In this document: positions 39,367-51,231 of the stretch, piece by piece
How the letters are laid out: each line of letters starts with the position of its first letter
How positions within the stretch are numbered: position 1 is the first letter of the stretch
Assembly (NCBI GenBank): GCA_049724395.1
Contig: JAUGWO010000128.1
Location: forward strand, 186,001-250,000
From: Spongospora subterranea f. sp. subterranea
Lineage: Eukaryota
Length of the DNA stretch: 64,000 nt
Direction of reading: 5' to 3'
The notes under the pieces: model-generated
What the model was told of the DNA's origin: nothing
The model's input: only the letters and a program-made list of their open reading frames with translations
Databases searched by the model: none
Made by a program: the position numbers and the translations under genes

Positions 39367-42300
39367 AACAGATGGGCCTGGAGCAACAGATGGGCCTGGA
39401 GCAACAGATGGGCCTGGAGCAACAGATGGGCCTGGAGCAACAGATGGGCCTGGAGCAACAGTGATGGGCCTGGAGCAACAGATGGGCCTGGAGCAACTGA
39501 TGGGCCTGGAGCAACAGATGGGCCTGGAGCAACGGATGGGCCTGGAGCAACAGATGGGCCTGGAGCAACAGATGGGCCTGGAGCAACAGATGGGCCTGGA
39601 GCAACAGATGGGCCTGGAGCAACAGATGGGCCTGGAGCAACAGATGGGCCTGGAGCAACAGATGGGCCTGGAGCAACAGATGGGCCTGGAGCAACAGATG
39701 GGCCTGGAGCAACAGATGGGCCTGGAGCAACAGATGGGCCTGGAGCAACAGATGGGCCTGGAGCAACAGATGGGCCTGGAGCAACAGATGGGCCTTGAGC
39801 AACAGATGGGCCTTGAGCAACTGATGGGCCTGGAGCAACAGATGGGCCTGGAGCAACTGATGGGCCTGGAGCAACTGATGGGCCTGGAGCAACAGATGGG
39901 CCTGGAGCAACAGATGGGCCTGGAGCAACAGATGGGCCTGGAGCAACTGATGGGCCTGGAGCAACAGATGGGCCTGGAGCAACAGATGGGCCTGGAGCAA
40001 CAGATGGGCCTGGAGCAACAGATGGGCCTGGAGCAACTGATGGGCCTGGAGCAACAGATGGGCCTGGAGCAACAGATGGGCCTGGAGCAACTGATGGGCC
40101 ATGGAGCAACAGATGGGCCTGGAGCAACAGATGGGCCTGGAGCCAACTGATGGGCCTGGAGCAACAGATGGGCCTGGAGCAACAGATGGGCCTGGAGCAA
40201 CAGATGGGCCTGGAGCAACTGATGGGCCTGGAGCAACTGATGGGCCTGGAGCAACAGATGGGCCTGGAGCAACTGATGGGCCTGGAGCAACTGATGGGAT
40301 GGGCCTGGAGCAACAGATGGGCCTGGGCCTGGAGCAACAGATGGGCCTGGAGCAACTGATGGGCCTGGAGCAACAGATGGGCCTTGAGAGAACTGATGGG
40401 CCTGGAGCAACAGATGGAGCAACTGATGGGCCTGGAGCAACTGATGGGCCTGGAGCAACTGATGGGCCTGGAGCAACAGATGGGCCTGGAGCAACTGATG
40501 GGCCTGGAGCAACTGATGGGCCTGGAGCAACAGATGGGCCTGATGGGCCTGGAGCAACTGATGGGCCTGATGGGCCTGGAGCAACAACAGATGGGCCTGG
40601 AGCAACTGATGGGCCTGGAGCAACTGATGGGCCTTGGAGCAATGGGCCTGGAGCAACTGATGGGCCTGGAGCAACTGATGGGCCTGGAGCAACAGATGGG
40701 CCTGGAGCAACAGATGGGCCAACGGATGGGCCTGGAGCAACTGATGGGCCTGGAGCAACTGATGGGCCTGGAGCAACAACTGATGGGCCTGGAGCAACTG
40801 ATGGGCCTGGAGCAACTGATGGGCCTGGAGCAACAGATGGGCCTGGAGCAACAGATGGGCCTGGAGCAACTGATGGGCCTGGAGCAACAGATGGGCCTGG
40901 AGCAACTGATGGGCCTGGAGCAACAGATGGGCCTGGAGCAACAGATGGGCCTGGAGCAACAGATGGGCCTGGAGCAACTGATGGGCCTGGAGCAACAGAT
41001 GGGCCTGGAGCAACTGATGGGCCTGGAGCAACAGATGGGCCTTGAGCAACTGATGGGCCTGGAGCAACAGATGGGCCTTGAGCAACTGATGGGCCTGGAG
41101 CAACAGATGGGCCTGGAGCAACTGATGGGCCTTGAGCAACTGATGGGCCTGGAGCAACTGATGGGCCTGGAGCAACAGATGGGCCTTGAGCAACTGATGG
41201 GCCTGGAGCAACAGATGGGCCTGGAGCAACAACTGATGGGCCTGGAGCAACAGATGGGCCTGGAGCAACAGATGGGCCTGGAGCAACAGATGGGCCTGGA
41301 GCAACTGATGGGCCTGGAGCAACAGATGGGCCTGGAGCAACTGATGGGCCTGGAGCAACAGAGCCTGGAGCAACTGATGGGCCTGGAGCAACAGATGGGC
41401 CTGGAGCAACAGATGGGCCTGGAGCAACAGATGGGCCTGGAGCAACAGATGGGCCTGGAGCAACAGATGGGCCTGGAGCAACAGATGGGCCTGGAGCAAC
41501 TGATGGGCCTGGAGCAACTGATGGGCCTGGAGCAACTGATGGGCCTGGAGCAACTGATGGGCCTGGAGCAACTGATGGGCCTGGAGCAACTGATGGGCCT
41601 GGAGCAACTGATGGGCCTGGAGCAGATGGGCCTGGAGCAACAGATGGGCCTGGAGCAACTGATGGGCCTGGAGCAACTGATGGGCCTGGAGCAACTGATG
41701 GGCCTGGAGCAACTGATGGGCCTGGAGCAACAGATGGGCCTGGAGCAACTGATGGGCCTGGAGCAACAGATGGGCCTGGAGCAACAGATGGGCCTGGAGC
41801 AACAGATGGGCCTGGAGCAACAGATGGGCCTGGAGCAACAGATGGGCCTTGAGCAACAGATGGGCCTGGAGCAACAGATGGGCCTGGAGCAACAGATGGG
41901 CCTGGAGCAACAGATGGGCCTGGAGCAACAGATGGGCCTGGAGCAACAGATGGGCCTGGAGCAACTGATGGGCCTGGAGCAACTGATGGGCCTGGAGCAA
42001 CAGATGGGCCTGGAGCAACTGATGGGCCTGGAGCAACAGATGGGCCTTGAGCAACTGATGGGCCTGGAGCAACTGATGGGCCTGGAGCAACAGATGGGCC
42101 TTGAGCAACTGATGGGCCTGGAGCAACAGATGGGCCTGGAGCAACTGATGGGCCTGGAGCAACAGATGGGCCTGGAGCAACTGATGGGCCTGGAGCAACT
42201 GATGGGCCTGGAGCAACTGATGGGCCTGGAGCAACTGATGGGCCTGGAGCAACTGATGGGCCTGGAGCAACAGATGGGCCAGGAGCAACAGATGGGCCTG

Positions 42301-42522
42301 GAGCAACAGATGGGCCAGGAGCAACAGATGGGCCTGGAGCAACAGATGGGCCTGGAGCAACAGATGGGCCAGGAGCAACAGATGGGCCAGGAGCAACAGA
42401 TGGGCCAGGAGCAACAGATGGGCCTGGAGCAACAGATGGGCCTGGAGCAACAGATGGGCCTGGAGCAACAGATGGGCCTGGAGCAACAGATGGGCCTGGA
42501 GCAACAGATGGGGGCAACTGAT
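39367..42522. repeat. 18-bp tandem satellite (GCAACWGATGGGCCTGGA) x ~175
   Basis: Directly visible; variants A/T at one position, TTGA and CAGGA variants, scattered indels at 40100-40750. Confidence 0.99.
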
Positions 42523-43841
42523 TTTTGCTAGATCCGCTGTCCAGAGGGGCACTTTTTATTGCACTTCTAGAATCAATGGAAAATGCAGTTCAAAGTTCCA
42601 TTCACCTTTATGTTCGCCCAGCGCCATTATATCATCAAACAGGATACAGATGGTTTAAACCTAGATGATAATCATAGCATCGTCTTAATACCTGAAACTT
42701 CAGACGTTTTTGTGCGTTTCGAGAGAGATTTGTGGCCATCGGAGAAAGACCTCATGATTACCTGTCGCTGTCATGCAAACGCGCCATTGTTATGTCGCAT
42801 CCTTGCAACACAATTTCCCGAGAGGCACAACCGTTATGAACCGCAAATAATGAAGTTGAGAGATGTAGGCGAGGAAGCAGGCTAAGGAGGGGGGACCGGA
42901 GCGGGAGCTAGAAGGAGAGAACTATAACGAGGGAGAGAGAGACGGAGATGGGAGCTAGAGGAATCGGGACGAAGACGGGAATAAAATTGATTCAAAAACG
43001 GCGTTTTAACCAAACTGAGGTTAGCTCAGTTTGGTTTTCACGGCACAGTGTGTATCAGATACAATAGAGAAAAGGTGCCTCATCAGGTTGCGCCTCCTGA
43101 CATTAAATCCCCTTCAGAAATAGGTCCCGGTCTGGTACGGTAGAAGATTGCAAATGGTAACCTTGTACGGCTACCTGTAGGACTGGGGTGGCAAAAGCTA
43201 GCAAGTCTTTCGCCGGCTCCCACGTTCGATCACATTCCTCATACCCTTCAATGTCAGGAGGCGCAACCCGATGAGGCACCTTTTCTCTATTGTATCTGAT
43301 ACACACTGTGCCGTGAAAACCAAACTGAGCTAACCTCAGTTTGGTTAAAACGCCGTTTTTGAATCAGTTTTATTCCCGTCTTCGTCCCGATTCCTCTAGC
43401 TCCCATCTCCGTCTCTCTCTCCCTCGTTATAGTTCTCTCCTTCTAGCTCCCGCTCCGGCCCCCCCTCCTTAGCCTGCTTCCTCGCCTACATCTCTCAACT
43501 TCATTATTTGCGGTTCATAACGGTTGTGCCTCTCGGGAAATTGTGTTGCAAGGATGCGACGTAACAATGGCGCGTTTGGCATGACAGCGACAGGTAATCA
43601 TGAGGTCTTTCTCCGATGGCCACAAATCTCTCTCGAAACGCACAAAAACGTCTGAAGTTTCAGGTATTAAGACGATGCTATGATTATCATCTAGGTATAA
43701 ACCATCGGTATCCTGTTTGATGATATAATGGCGCTTGGCGAACATAAAGGTGAATGGAACTTTGAACTGCATTTTCCATTGATTTTAGAAGTGCAATAAA
43801 ACGTGCCCCTCTGGACAACGGATCTAGCAAAAATCAGTTGC
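42514..43841. repeat. Long inverted repeat (~590 bp arms, 145 bp spacer)
   Basis: 42514-43104 is the reverse complement of 43250-43841 with few mismatches; twin ORFs MQFKVPFTFMFA on opposite strands. Confidence 0.97.
42851..43249 (-). mobile_element. Chromovirus (Ty3/gypsy) 3' end: chromodomain fragment, PPT and ~250 bp LTR (second LTR copy at 43252-43503)
   Basis: EGYEECDRTWEPAKDL (chromodomain), purine tract GAAGGGGA, then TGTCAGG...CTTCA (43102 to 42851). Confidence 0.7.
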
Positions 43842-43990
43842 GACCTGGCATCGTCCATCTTATGGGTGGATTTGCCGCAATTGAATCCTCGTTGTTGGGC
43901 AAAACGCCGGTCTTCCGCCTCTAATTGCTCAAAAGTCTCGAATTGAGACCCGGCTTCGATAGTGCCTCCATCATCAATACTGATACGACA
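43515..43990 (-). mobile_element. MULE/FAR1-like transposase N-terminal remnant
   Basis: QFETFEQLE..FAQQRGF...RGTFYC....KC / FKVPF...DNH resembles the FAR1 zinc-ribbon and parallels the 59.0-59.5 kb ORF. Confidence 0.5.
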
Positions 43991-44408
43991 TGGTTAAAAA
44001 ACTATGCAAATCGAAAAGAAGGTTTCATACCTTGCAACGACGTTATCTGCCTCCGCCCCCATTAGAAAAAGTGTACGGTCTTCTTGATAAAGCTCAGGGT
44101 TGCGCCACGACTGTGAGGGAAATAGTTTATAAACAAAAACTCCGCGCGCGTACCATGTTCGCGCGCATGAAAACAATATCACGATACAAATTGTATTGTT
44201 GTTTTTGGGAGTTACTGTAGTATTGTACAAAATTTTTAATTCTATAGAAAATATTTGAGTCACACATTTTACACCGAAAAAGTTAGCTAGACACCTGGGT
44301 ATCGATGGAATCCTTTTTCCAAGGGCTATCCAGTCAGCCATATTTGGCCCCAAAAACAATACAGTAATCGACGAAATCCCAACATCCACATTACAGCAAG
44401 TCGCATTA

Positions 44409-45494
44409 CTCCCTCTGTCCCATAATAACTGTCGCATAAGCACTTTTTGTTTGTCCCGAATTAATGGTCGCATACCATAGATACATTACATACAGTGATT
44501 TTATTCATCCAACAGAAGGGAAACTTTATCGATTATGGTTCGATCAACGGTCAAACTTATAGGAAGGCTGCCTTCCCGCTCAAGCCTTTGTTTCAACATG
44601 TGCGGAACTTGATAGATTGTCCGCTTAGTTTTGGTCATCAAAAACCACTTCTCATCGACGTGGATAACGTCTAACAAATTCTTGAAACATGGCAGAATCG
44701 AAATCAACGGTTTCGGGTATAAGCATGGACATGCAGAAACGCAGTCGCTCAACCTTATTTGGTTCGGTAAGCGTTGGTTTGATTGAATTTGAGTGACGCC
44801 TAAAATCTCCTTTTTAACTTTCGCATCAGCGTTGATTTAGGAATGTCTATCGCAGCTGAAAGACTTCTCAGAGTCGCCCTTTTGATGAAGTGTACGGCTT
44901 CAATCTTTTTCGAAATGTCGACTTCGACGTTTTTTCTTCCACACGCACCCTTTTTTTTCTTGCCGATATTTCAGCGCAGACGCTTCCCATCATCAAAGAT
45001 TCGACCCCTCGATGCCAGATGCGGCTAACCGTTCTAAAGTGGCAGTTGATTCCGCTGCAATTCTTGCGAAGCAACCTTTTTCTGGGACTCCGTTCTGTGT
45101 GTTTGCCAATATCCGCTCATAAATCGAACGACGTTCGTCCTCTATCAAGTTAGGCGCCCGGTCTCGATGAGCTTTTTGCACCAAGCTGACCAGCGCATCA
45201 GCAGCTTCAGCCATTTCTGGTTAACCTTCGAACTCCATGATGAAAATGATCATTCCGTCAGTGTATCGTTATTTTTTGGTGAAAATATCATCCCCCATAT
45301 CATTGACGGCGTCAACTCCATATCAGCATTTATTTACTTGGCGATACCATCTTTCTCATTTTCGGCGAACAAGTTGCATCAACATTAAGCACGCGTAAAG
45401 CTACGTTTGTACAGAAAATAAACAATTTTTGTAATAAAATGCCGTTAATCCCGCAAAAATGGCGTATGCGACAGTTATTATGGGACAGAGGGAG
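44409..45494 (-). mobile_element. Internally deleted plant-type mariner with perfect 30-bp TIRs and TA target duplication
   Basis: TA|CTCCCTCTGTCCCATAATAACTGTCGCATA ... TATGCGACAGTTATTATGGGACAGAGGGAG|TA. Inside, IKPTLTEPNKVERLRF and VIHVDEKWF are fused directly to the C-terminal PHMLKQRLEREGSLP. Confidence 0.95.
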
Positions 45495-45506
45495 TACAAT
45501 ATATCA

Positions 45507-45655
45507 TCAACAATATATTGTATTGGTTACCTCAACAATAACAATATATTGTATTGTTCACTTCAACAATAACAATATATTGTATTGTTCACTTCAACAA
45601 TAACAATATATTGTATTGTTCACTTCAACAATAACAATACAATAACAATAATATT
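45507..45655. repeat. 31-bp AT-rich tandem repeat (~4 copies)
   Basis: Unit TCAACAATAACAATATATTGTATTGTTCACT at 45532, 45563 and 45594, plus partial flanking copies. Confidence 0.9.
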
Positions 45656-46743
45656 GTGCGCACCTCTGCTTTGGATCAATATGGCGAGTTGACGAGACTC
45701 GTAACGGGAACGTAAATTATGAGTACAGTACGAACGAAAATCCATACAGCCGCAAAATATCATGTACTACTGTTTTTCAGGAGCATACCTAGAGCACAAC
45801 ACTGCTGTGCTGGAATACATGCGAGAAAGCGATGACAGAAATCGACATCTCAAAGAACTGGAGGTGAACGAACAGGAGGTGATGTACCGAAACGTGTTGG
45901 CATATAAATCGGTTCCTTGGTAATATTGCTCGTTGATATATTCCGAGAGGGATATATACGCGCTGCTCTTTTTGACCTTTTTCCCCGATAACATTTTGCC
46001 AGTAATCAGATCGAAGTTCTCCTTGACACTGAGCCAGTGTAGCATGTATGTGATTTCAGCATTGCTGGTGTGCTGGTTTCCCAGATTGCCCGCAACGCGA
46101 ACCATTGATCACTTATCGACGTGAATACCCTCTTGAACTCAGAATCAGCTGCGGACCCCGTGAAACGACGTAAAAACCCTTCCTGAACTTCGACAACCCC
46201 CACGCAACATTCCGAATCGTTTGCCCAGCTTCCTTACCCAAAGAACCGAATCTTTGGGATTGCAAAGATGCGGAGTTTTTTGAACTTTGACAACCCCTAC
46301 TAGCGTAGATACGGGTAATATGTGTGTGGAACGCAATAACAAAACAAAAACGAAAAGCCTCGAATTAATCGCGTTATTTACCCGTCGACGATGATTGGAA
46401 CGGTCCCCAGCTTGATCAAATCCAGGATGTACCGAGGAAATCACAAAGTAATCAACTGATCGCAAAACCCATTTGAAAAATATCAAAAGTGCTGGTTCAA
46501 ATACGCGAGCTGATTCATGAGTTTCCAACCCCTGTCGATGATGGTGCCGATTTTACAATAAGACCCGTCCTGCTCCATCGCATGTGCGAAGCCGTCCGCC
46601 AGGCAAATTTTCCAATGACCTGGTGGGGAAGCCGAGTCTTGAGGCGGTCACCACTGAGCCAGCGCCCAACTGATAAGTCGGAGAGGTTACACTCCACAGT
46701 CCTCCACGGGACATCGACGTCACCCCCGAATTCTCCATTTCAC

Positions 46744-48172
46744 ATGACCGATTTTGGCAATGATCATCGTATCACGCCAATATTCACGTGGCGTACTGGC
46801 AGATTCGGGCGCTTCGGGAATCAGAAGCTCATGCTTCTGTATGCCCATGCGCTGTCCAGAGAAACTGGCTGGATGTTTATTCCCCCGCCAATGTCGATCG
46901 AATGCGGGGACGCTTCGTATTTATATGAATTTACTGATCTGTTCTCACCCATTTCGCTCCTCGGAGTTGCAGTATTAGAACCGGTATGTGCTCATTGAGC
47001 TGAAAAATGTGCTGTTATGACGTCTAGTGTTCGTAATTATAGATCAATGATCAAGAATCGTTGGAGTTGCCGGAGGTTGCGATTTCACCGTCTTTGCCAG
47101 ATGATGAAACCGTCATGAATGCTCTACTGTAATAAGCGATTGTTTTTCGAATTGTTGATTCGCGATGTGTGAATTTCTCAATTTTGGTAGAATGGAGAAC
47201 GCCAAGTTCAAGGGGCGGTGCGTGTTTCGAATCGAGGAAAATCTGCTTTGGGAATGGGGAACGTCGTTATACGGAATCTCATGGTTGCAGTCGGCGCCAA
47301 TGATTGCCAATGCAGCAACCGCCTTCACGACGCCATCCATCAAGTGGCAACCTTTCTTTTGGCAACTGCTGCAAAAGTACGACATCCAGAGCGCCATCGG
47401 TGTTCACTTACGTGGCGAAGATTTCAAACAACATTGTTCAAGTTTGGAATATCTGTTTCTTCCTTCCAGCTACATCTACAAATGCCACATGGACGATCCA
47501 GCCCTTATTATTCGTGCTATTTCTGCCGTTGAATCCAATCGTCCAGCAAGCAGACGCGCACAACCTTTATTCATAGCGTCCAACCTTGAACAAAAGTCTC
47601 CTGTACTGACCGATCTGCGTAATTTTTACGGGCAGCGCCTCATCAACCTCAACGATTCCGATTGGACAACTGAACAGAAACGCATGCGACCATATATCGA
47701 TAGCATGCTATTATCGCACAGCGGGGACTTCATTGGCAGTCGAATGTCAACGTTTTCCACTGTCATTGCCGCTGAGCGCTCTTGGAACAACGTGTCGTTC
47801 GTGGAACTAGCACATCCTCTGGTTTTGCCCATCTTTCTTTTGTTCGTCATCATTGTGATCGCCTCATTCTTCCTGCGTGGCTACAAAAGATTTAGTCGTG
47901 GCTTAATATGTGTTCTCTGTATCTCATGGTTCATTTCATGGAGAACAGTCCTCCCATTTGTTCTCCCAACAGGTGTCATTGTGAGGTGTACACGTTTTTT
48001 CTTCTATAATAACCGGAACAATCCCGAACTCAGCGCTTGGCTGTTCGTAACCATGTTCGAAGCTTTAGCCGTCATCATGCTTCTCACCGTTGTGTTTCGA
48101 AAATTTTGCTTGAGGCGCTGGTACCAGCCCCTTCCTGACGATCTCCCAATAGCAGTCGATAACAAGAGTTAA
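46744..48172 (+). CDS. O-fucosyltransferase-like (GT-B) protein with C-terminal TM helices (2 exons; start uncertain)
   Basis: GRFGNQ, IGVHLRGEDF, LFIASN and IDSMLLSHSGDFIGSRMSTFS are GDP-fucose protein O-fucosyltransferase-type motifs. Confidence 0.78.
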
Positions 48173-48543
48173 TACATTTTTTTGAAAACCATTATCGTGA
48201 TTTAGGGATAGGATAGTTGTACCGGTCAGGCGTCATGTAGTTCCAAATGTGTCGTACTGTTGGCATTTGGCACATTACCGACAAGTGTACAGTTGGAGTG
48301 GGTCGAGGGCTATGGACTACACCAAGTATTTTACCATGAGGTGTATCATGATTCACTTCTCGCACTGACGTGACGGGTGGCACTCTACGGGAGGCTCCGG
48401 TGAAGGTACCTCCCGCACCCGCTGGTCTCCCCGATACTGTCGTGACTAGGGTACACCTTAGTCACCCGTCGATAAGCGATACACCTCCTATACAGCAGTA
48501 GCTCTATTCACCTGCCTGCTTCCTTTCGATTGTCTTCGGCACA

Positions 48544-51201
48544 ATGTCGAGGCATATAGCACAGGAACCAGGCCATCATGGCTATTCCCCTGCAAATCCC
48601 TATCCATATCCGGGACATTATTCACAGCAGCCATCCCCGGCTTATGATAACCAATATGCTCAAGAGAATCCAAATGTGCAACAATATGAAGATTACACGT
48701 ATCAGCAGGTTAAAAAAATGGGCAATTCTAAAATTTCCTTGTTGATCTGTGTGTTTTTAGGGATATAATCATGTTGAACAAAATGATTGGCAAAATCAAG
48801 CATATATTGAGCAGGGAATGTCGAACTTATCATTCAACCAAGCTCCACAAACAACCGTTCAGGAGCCGCAATATCCCAAAGAAGAACAGCAATATTATGG
48901 CGATTGGCAGGGCCAGTCTGCCGCGTCAAATGTCACTCCCTGCGATCCTCGCTTCATATCTGTCTCTGTTGCTGCTTTCCCAAGCACATCGGCAATGAGA
49001 GTGAACTCGTCGTTACCTTTCACGATCACAACTCAACCATTAGCTGAAGTCTACTTCGATCCGTCGCTTTTAAACAGTCAAGAACAAGGCCCTTTGCCCT
49101 GCGTCAATTTCGGAAATGCCGGCGTTGTGCGATGCAAGGCTTGCAGAGCCTATATCAATCCATATTGCAAATTTATTGATGGTGGATCTCGATGGCGGTG
49201 CTGCATATGTGGCAGACCTAACGACGTCCACAACGATTATTTCTGCGATATAGATCCTCAAGGCGAGCGCGCTGACAAACACAACCGGATTGAACTCAGC
49301 ATGTCGTCTTATGAAATTGTTGCCCCTGCAGAATACATGGTTCGGCCTCCCCAACCCCCGGCTTTTGTTTTCGTCATTGACGTCTCGTTGAGATCCAGAG
49401 AAATTGGCCTTCTTGCCACTGTCTGTGAAACCATTCAAGGGCTTTTGGATTATCTTCCGGGTTTGCCTAGGACAAAAATTGCCATCATTACATTTGACAG
49501 TCTTGTTCATATGTATTCGCTACGGTCGACCTTGTCAAGGCCACAGATGATGGTCTTGCCTAATCTTGAAGACTTGTTTCTTCCGTTTCCCGAAGACTAT
49601 TTGGTTGACCTGGACGAATCCAGGTCTCCTGATTGAAGTTCTTCTTCAAACGCTTCCTTCAATGCACGCAAATACACGAAACGTCGAGTCAGCATTAGGC
49701 GCCGCGACCATGACGGCATTCAGGATTGTAAATGCTGTTGGTGGCAAAGTTCTTTTTTTTACCACATCACTTCCATCTCTTGGACCCGCTAGGCTAAAAA
49801 ATCGGGATACGTCGTCATCCACTGAGCTCAAGTTATTGCAACCTGCCACAGATTTTTACAAGTCTTGGGGGTTGAAATACGCACGAATGCAGGTTCGCGC
49901 TGATATATTTTTATTTCCTAATCAATACTGTGATGTCGCAACTATCGTTGGGTTAAGTCAGTTCTCAGGAGGGCAGCTTTACACGTACCCGCAATACAGC
50001 GAAGCCGGCTCTAGTAATTGCCTACGAGCTGATTTGACCAGGTGTCTAACTCGCGAGCAATCCTGGGAGGCTGTGATTCGCGTACGTGTCTCAAAAGGCG
50101 CCAAGATTGTAGGTTATGAAGGCAACTTCTTTCTTCGCGGCACCGATCTCCTATCAGTTCCTAATTGCTCTGCTGACGACAATACTTATTTGATCGAAAT
50201 TGGGCATGATGAGACTCCTCCGAATGGTGCTGTGATAATTCAAGTAGCTCTGCTTTATACAACTTCGTTTGGAGAACGCCGGATCCGCGTGCATAATTCC
50301 GTACTTCCAGTGGTTGAAAAACTAGAAGACATTTTCTACTACATCGATTTGGCTTCCGTTATCAATGGTATTGCAAAGAAGGCGCTTTCATTGTGCGTCG
50401 GAACCTCAATGCAGAAAGGGCGGGAGTTCATTCAGAATACCTGTATTGCTGTACTTTCTGCTTTTAGAAAATCTTGTGGTGGTTATCGCTCTGTGCAACT
50501 TTCTAGAGAAGAAGATTATCCTGATTGCTTGCGGTATTTGCCGTTAATGACTTTAGCTCTACTCAAGTGTTCTGCTTTCAAAGAATCAAATGCAATCACT
50601 TCCGATGCACGCTGTATTGCATTTTCTAATATCAGGTCCATGAGTCCTCAGACCTTGGACTTGTTTCTAAGGCCAAGGTTTTATCCTGTCCATCAGTTTT
50701 CCGGTCTTGAAGGAATTCCTGATGAAAACGGTACCGTTTTGCTTCCACTTGAAATCAACGCCACTTCTGCAGATATGTATGAAGACGGAGCGTATCTCGC
50801 TGATAATGGCAGCACATTATTTTTCTGGCTAGGAAGATTGATCTCTTCAACGTTTCTTCAGAGTTGCTTTGGAATCTCGACATTGCACAAGGTCGATCCA
50901 AATTCGGTCAGTATTGGTTTTGGTTTTTCAGTTCAACGACTAAAATAATTATCATCAGATGCAACTGATACCATTGCGAAGCGATGATACCAGTTCTATC
51001 CTCTTCAGGTTGCACAACGTGATTGCGTATCTAAGGTCGCAAAGCATCGTTTGCCAAAGATTACAAGTTGTATGCCAGCCAGTTTCCGAATCAAAATCCT
51101 CTGCATATGATGATTTTACTTCATGTCTCATTCTTGACCGCACTTCTGCTGTCATGAGCTATAGCGAATTCTTAAGTCATATTGCCAAATCTACCAGCTG
51201 A
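48544..51201 (+). CDS. SEC24: COPII coat subunit Sec24 (multi-exon; apparent +1 frameshift near 49625)
   Basis: Pro/Gln-rich N-terminus; RCKACRAYINP...WRCCIC Zn finger; EYMVRPPQPPAFVFVIDVS; WEAVIRVRVSKG; ALLYTTSFGERRIRVHN; SYSEFL. Confidence 0.95.
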
Positions 51202-51231
51202 TGTAAAAAATAACAACTATAAAAAATGCTA

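Noticed and set aside
39043..42552. Very long ORFs (LLQAH, PGPSVA, MGLEQQ repeats) as real proteins
   Set aside because: They are by-products of an 18-bp unit that is stop-free in several frames on both strands, with frequent frameshifts.
45900..46105. Possible Harbinger-associated Myb/SANT-like fragment (LHWLSVKENFDLITGK)
   Set aside because: Short and truncated, with no partner transposase or TIR seen.
49615..49636. Frameshift in SEC24
   Set aside because: A single extra base in an otherwise intact essential gene; probable sequencing error.
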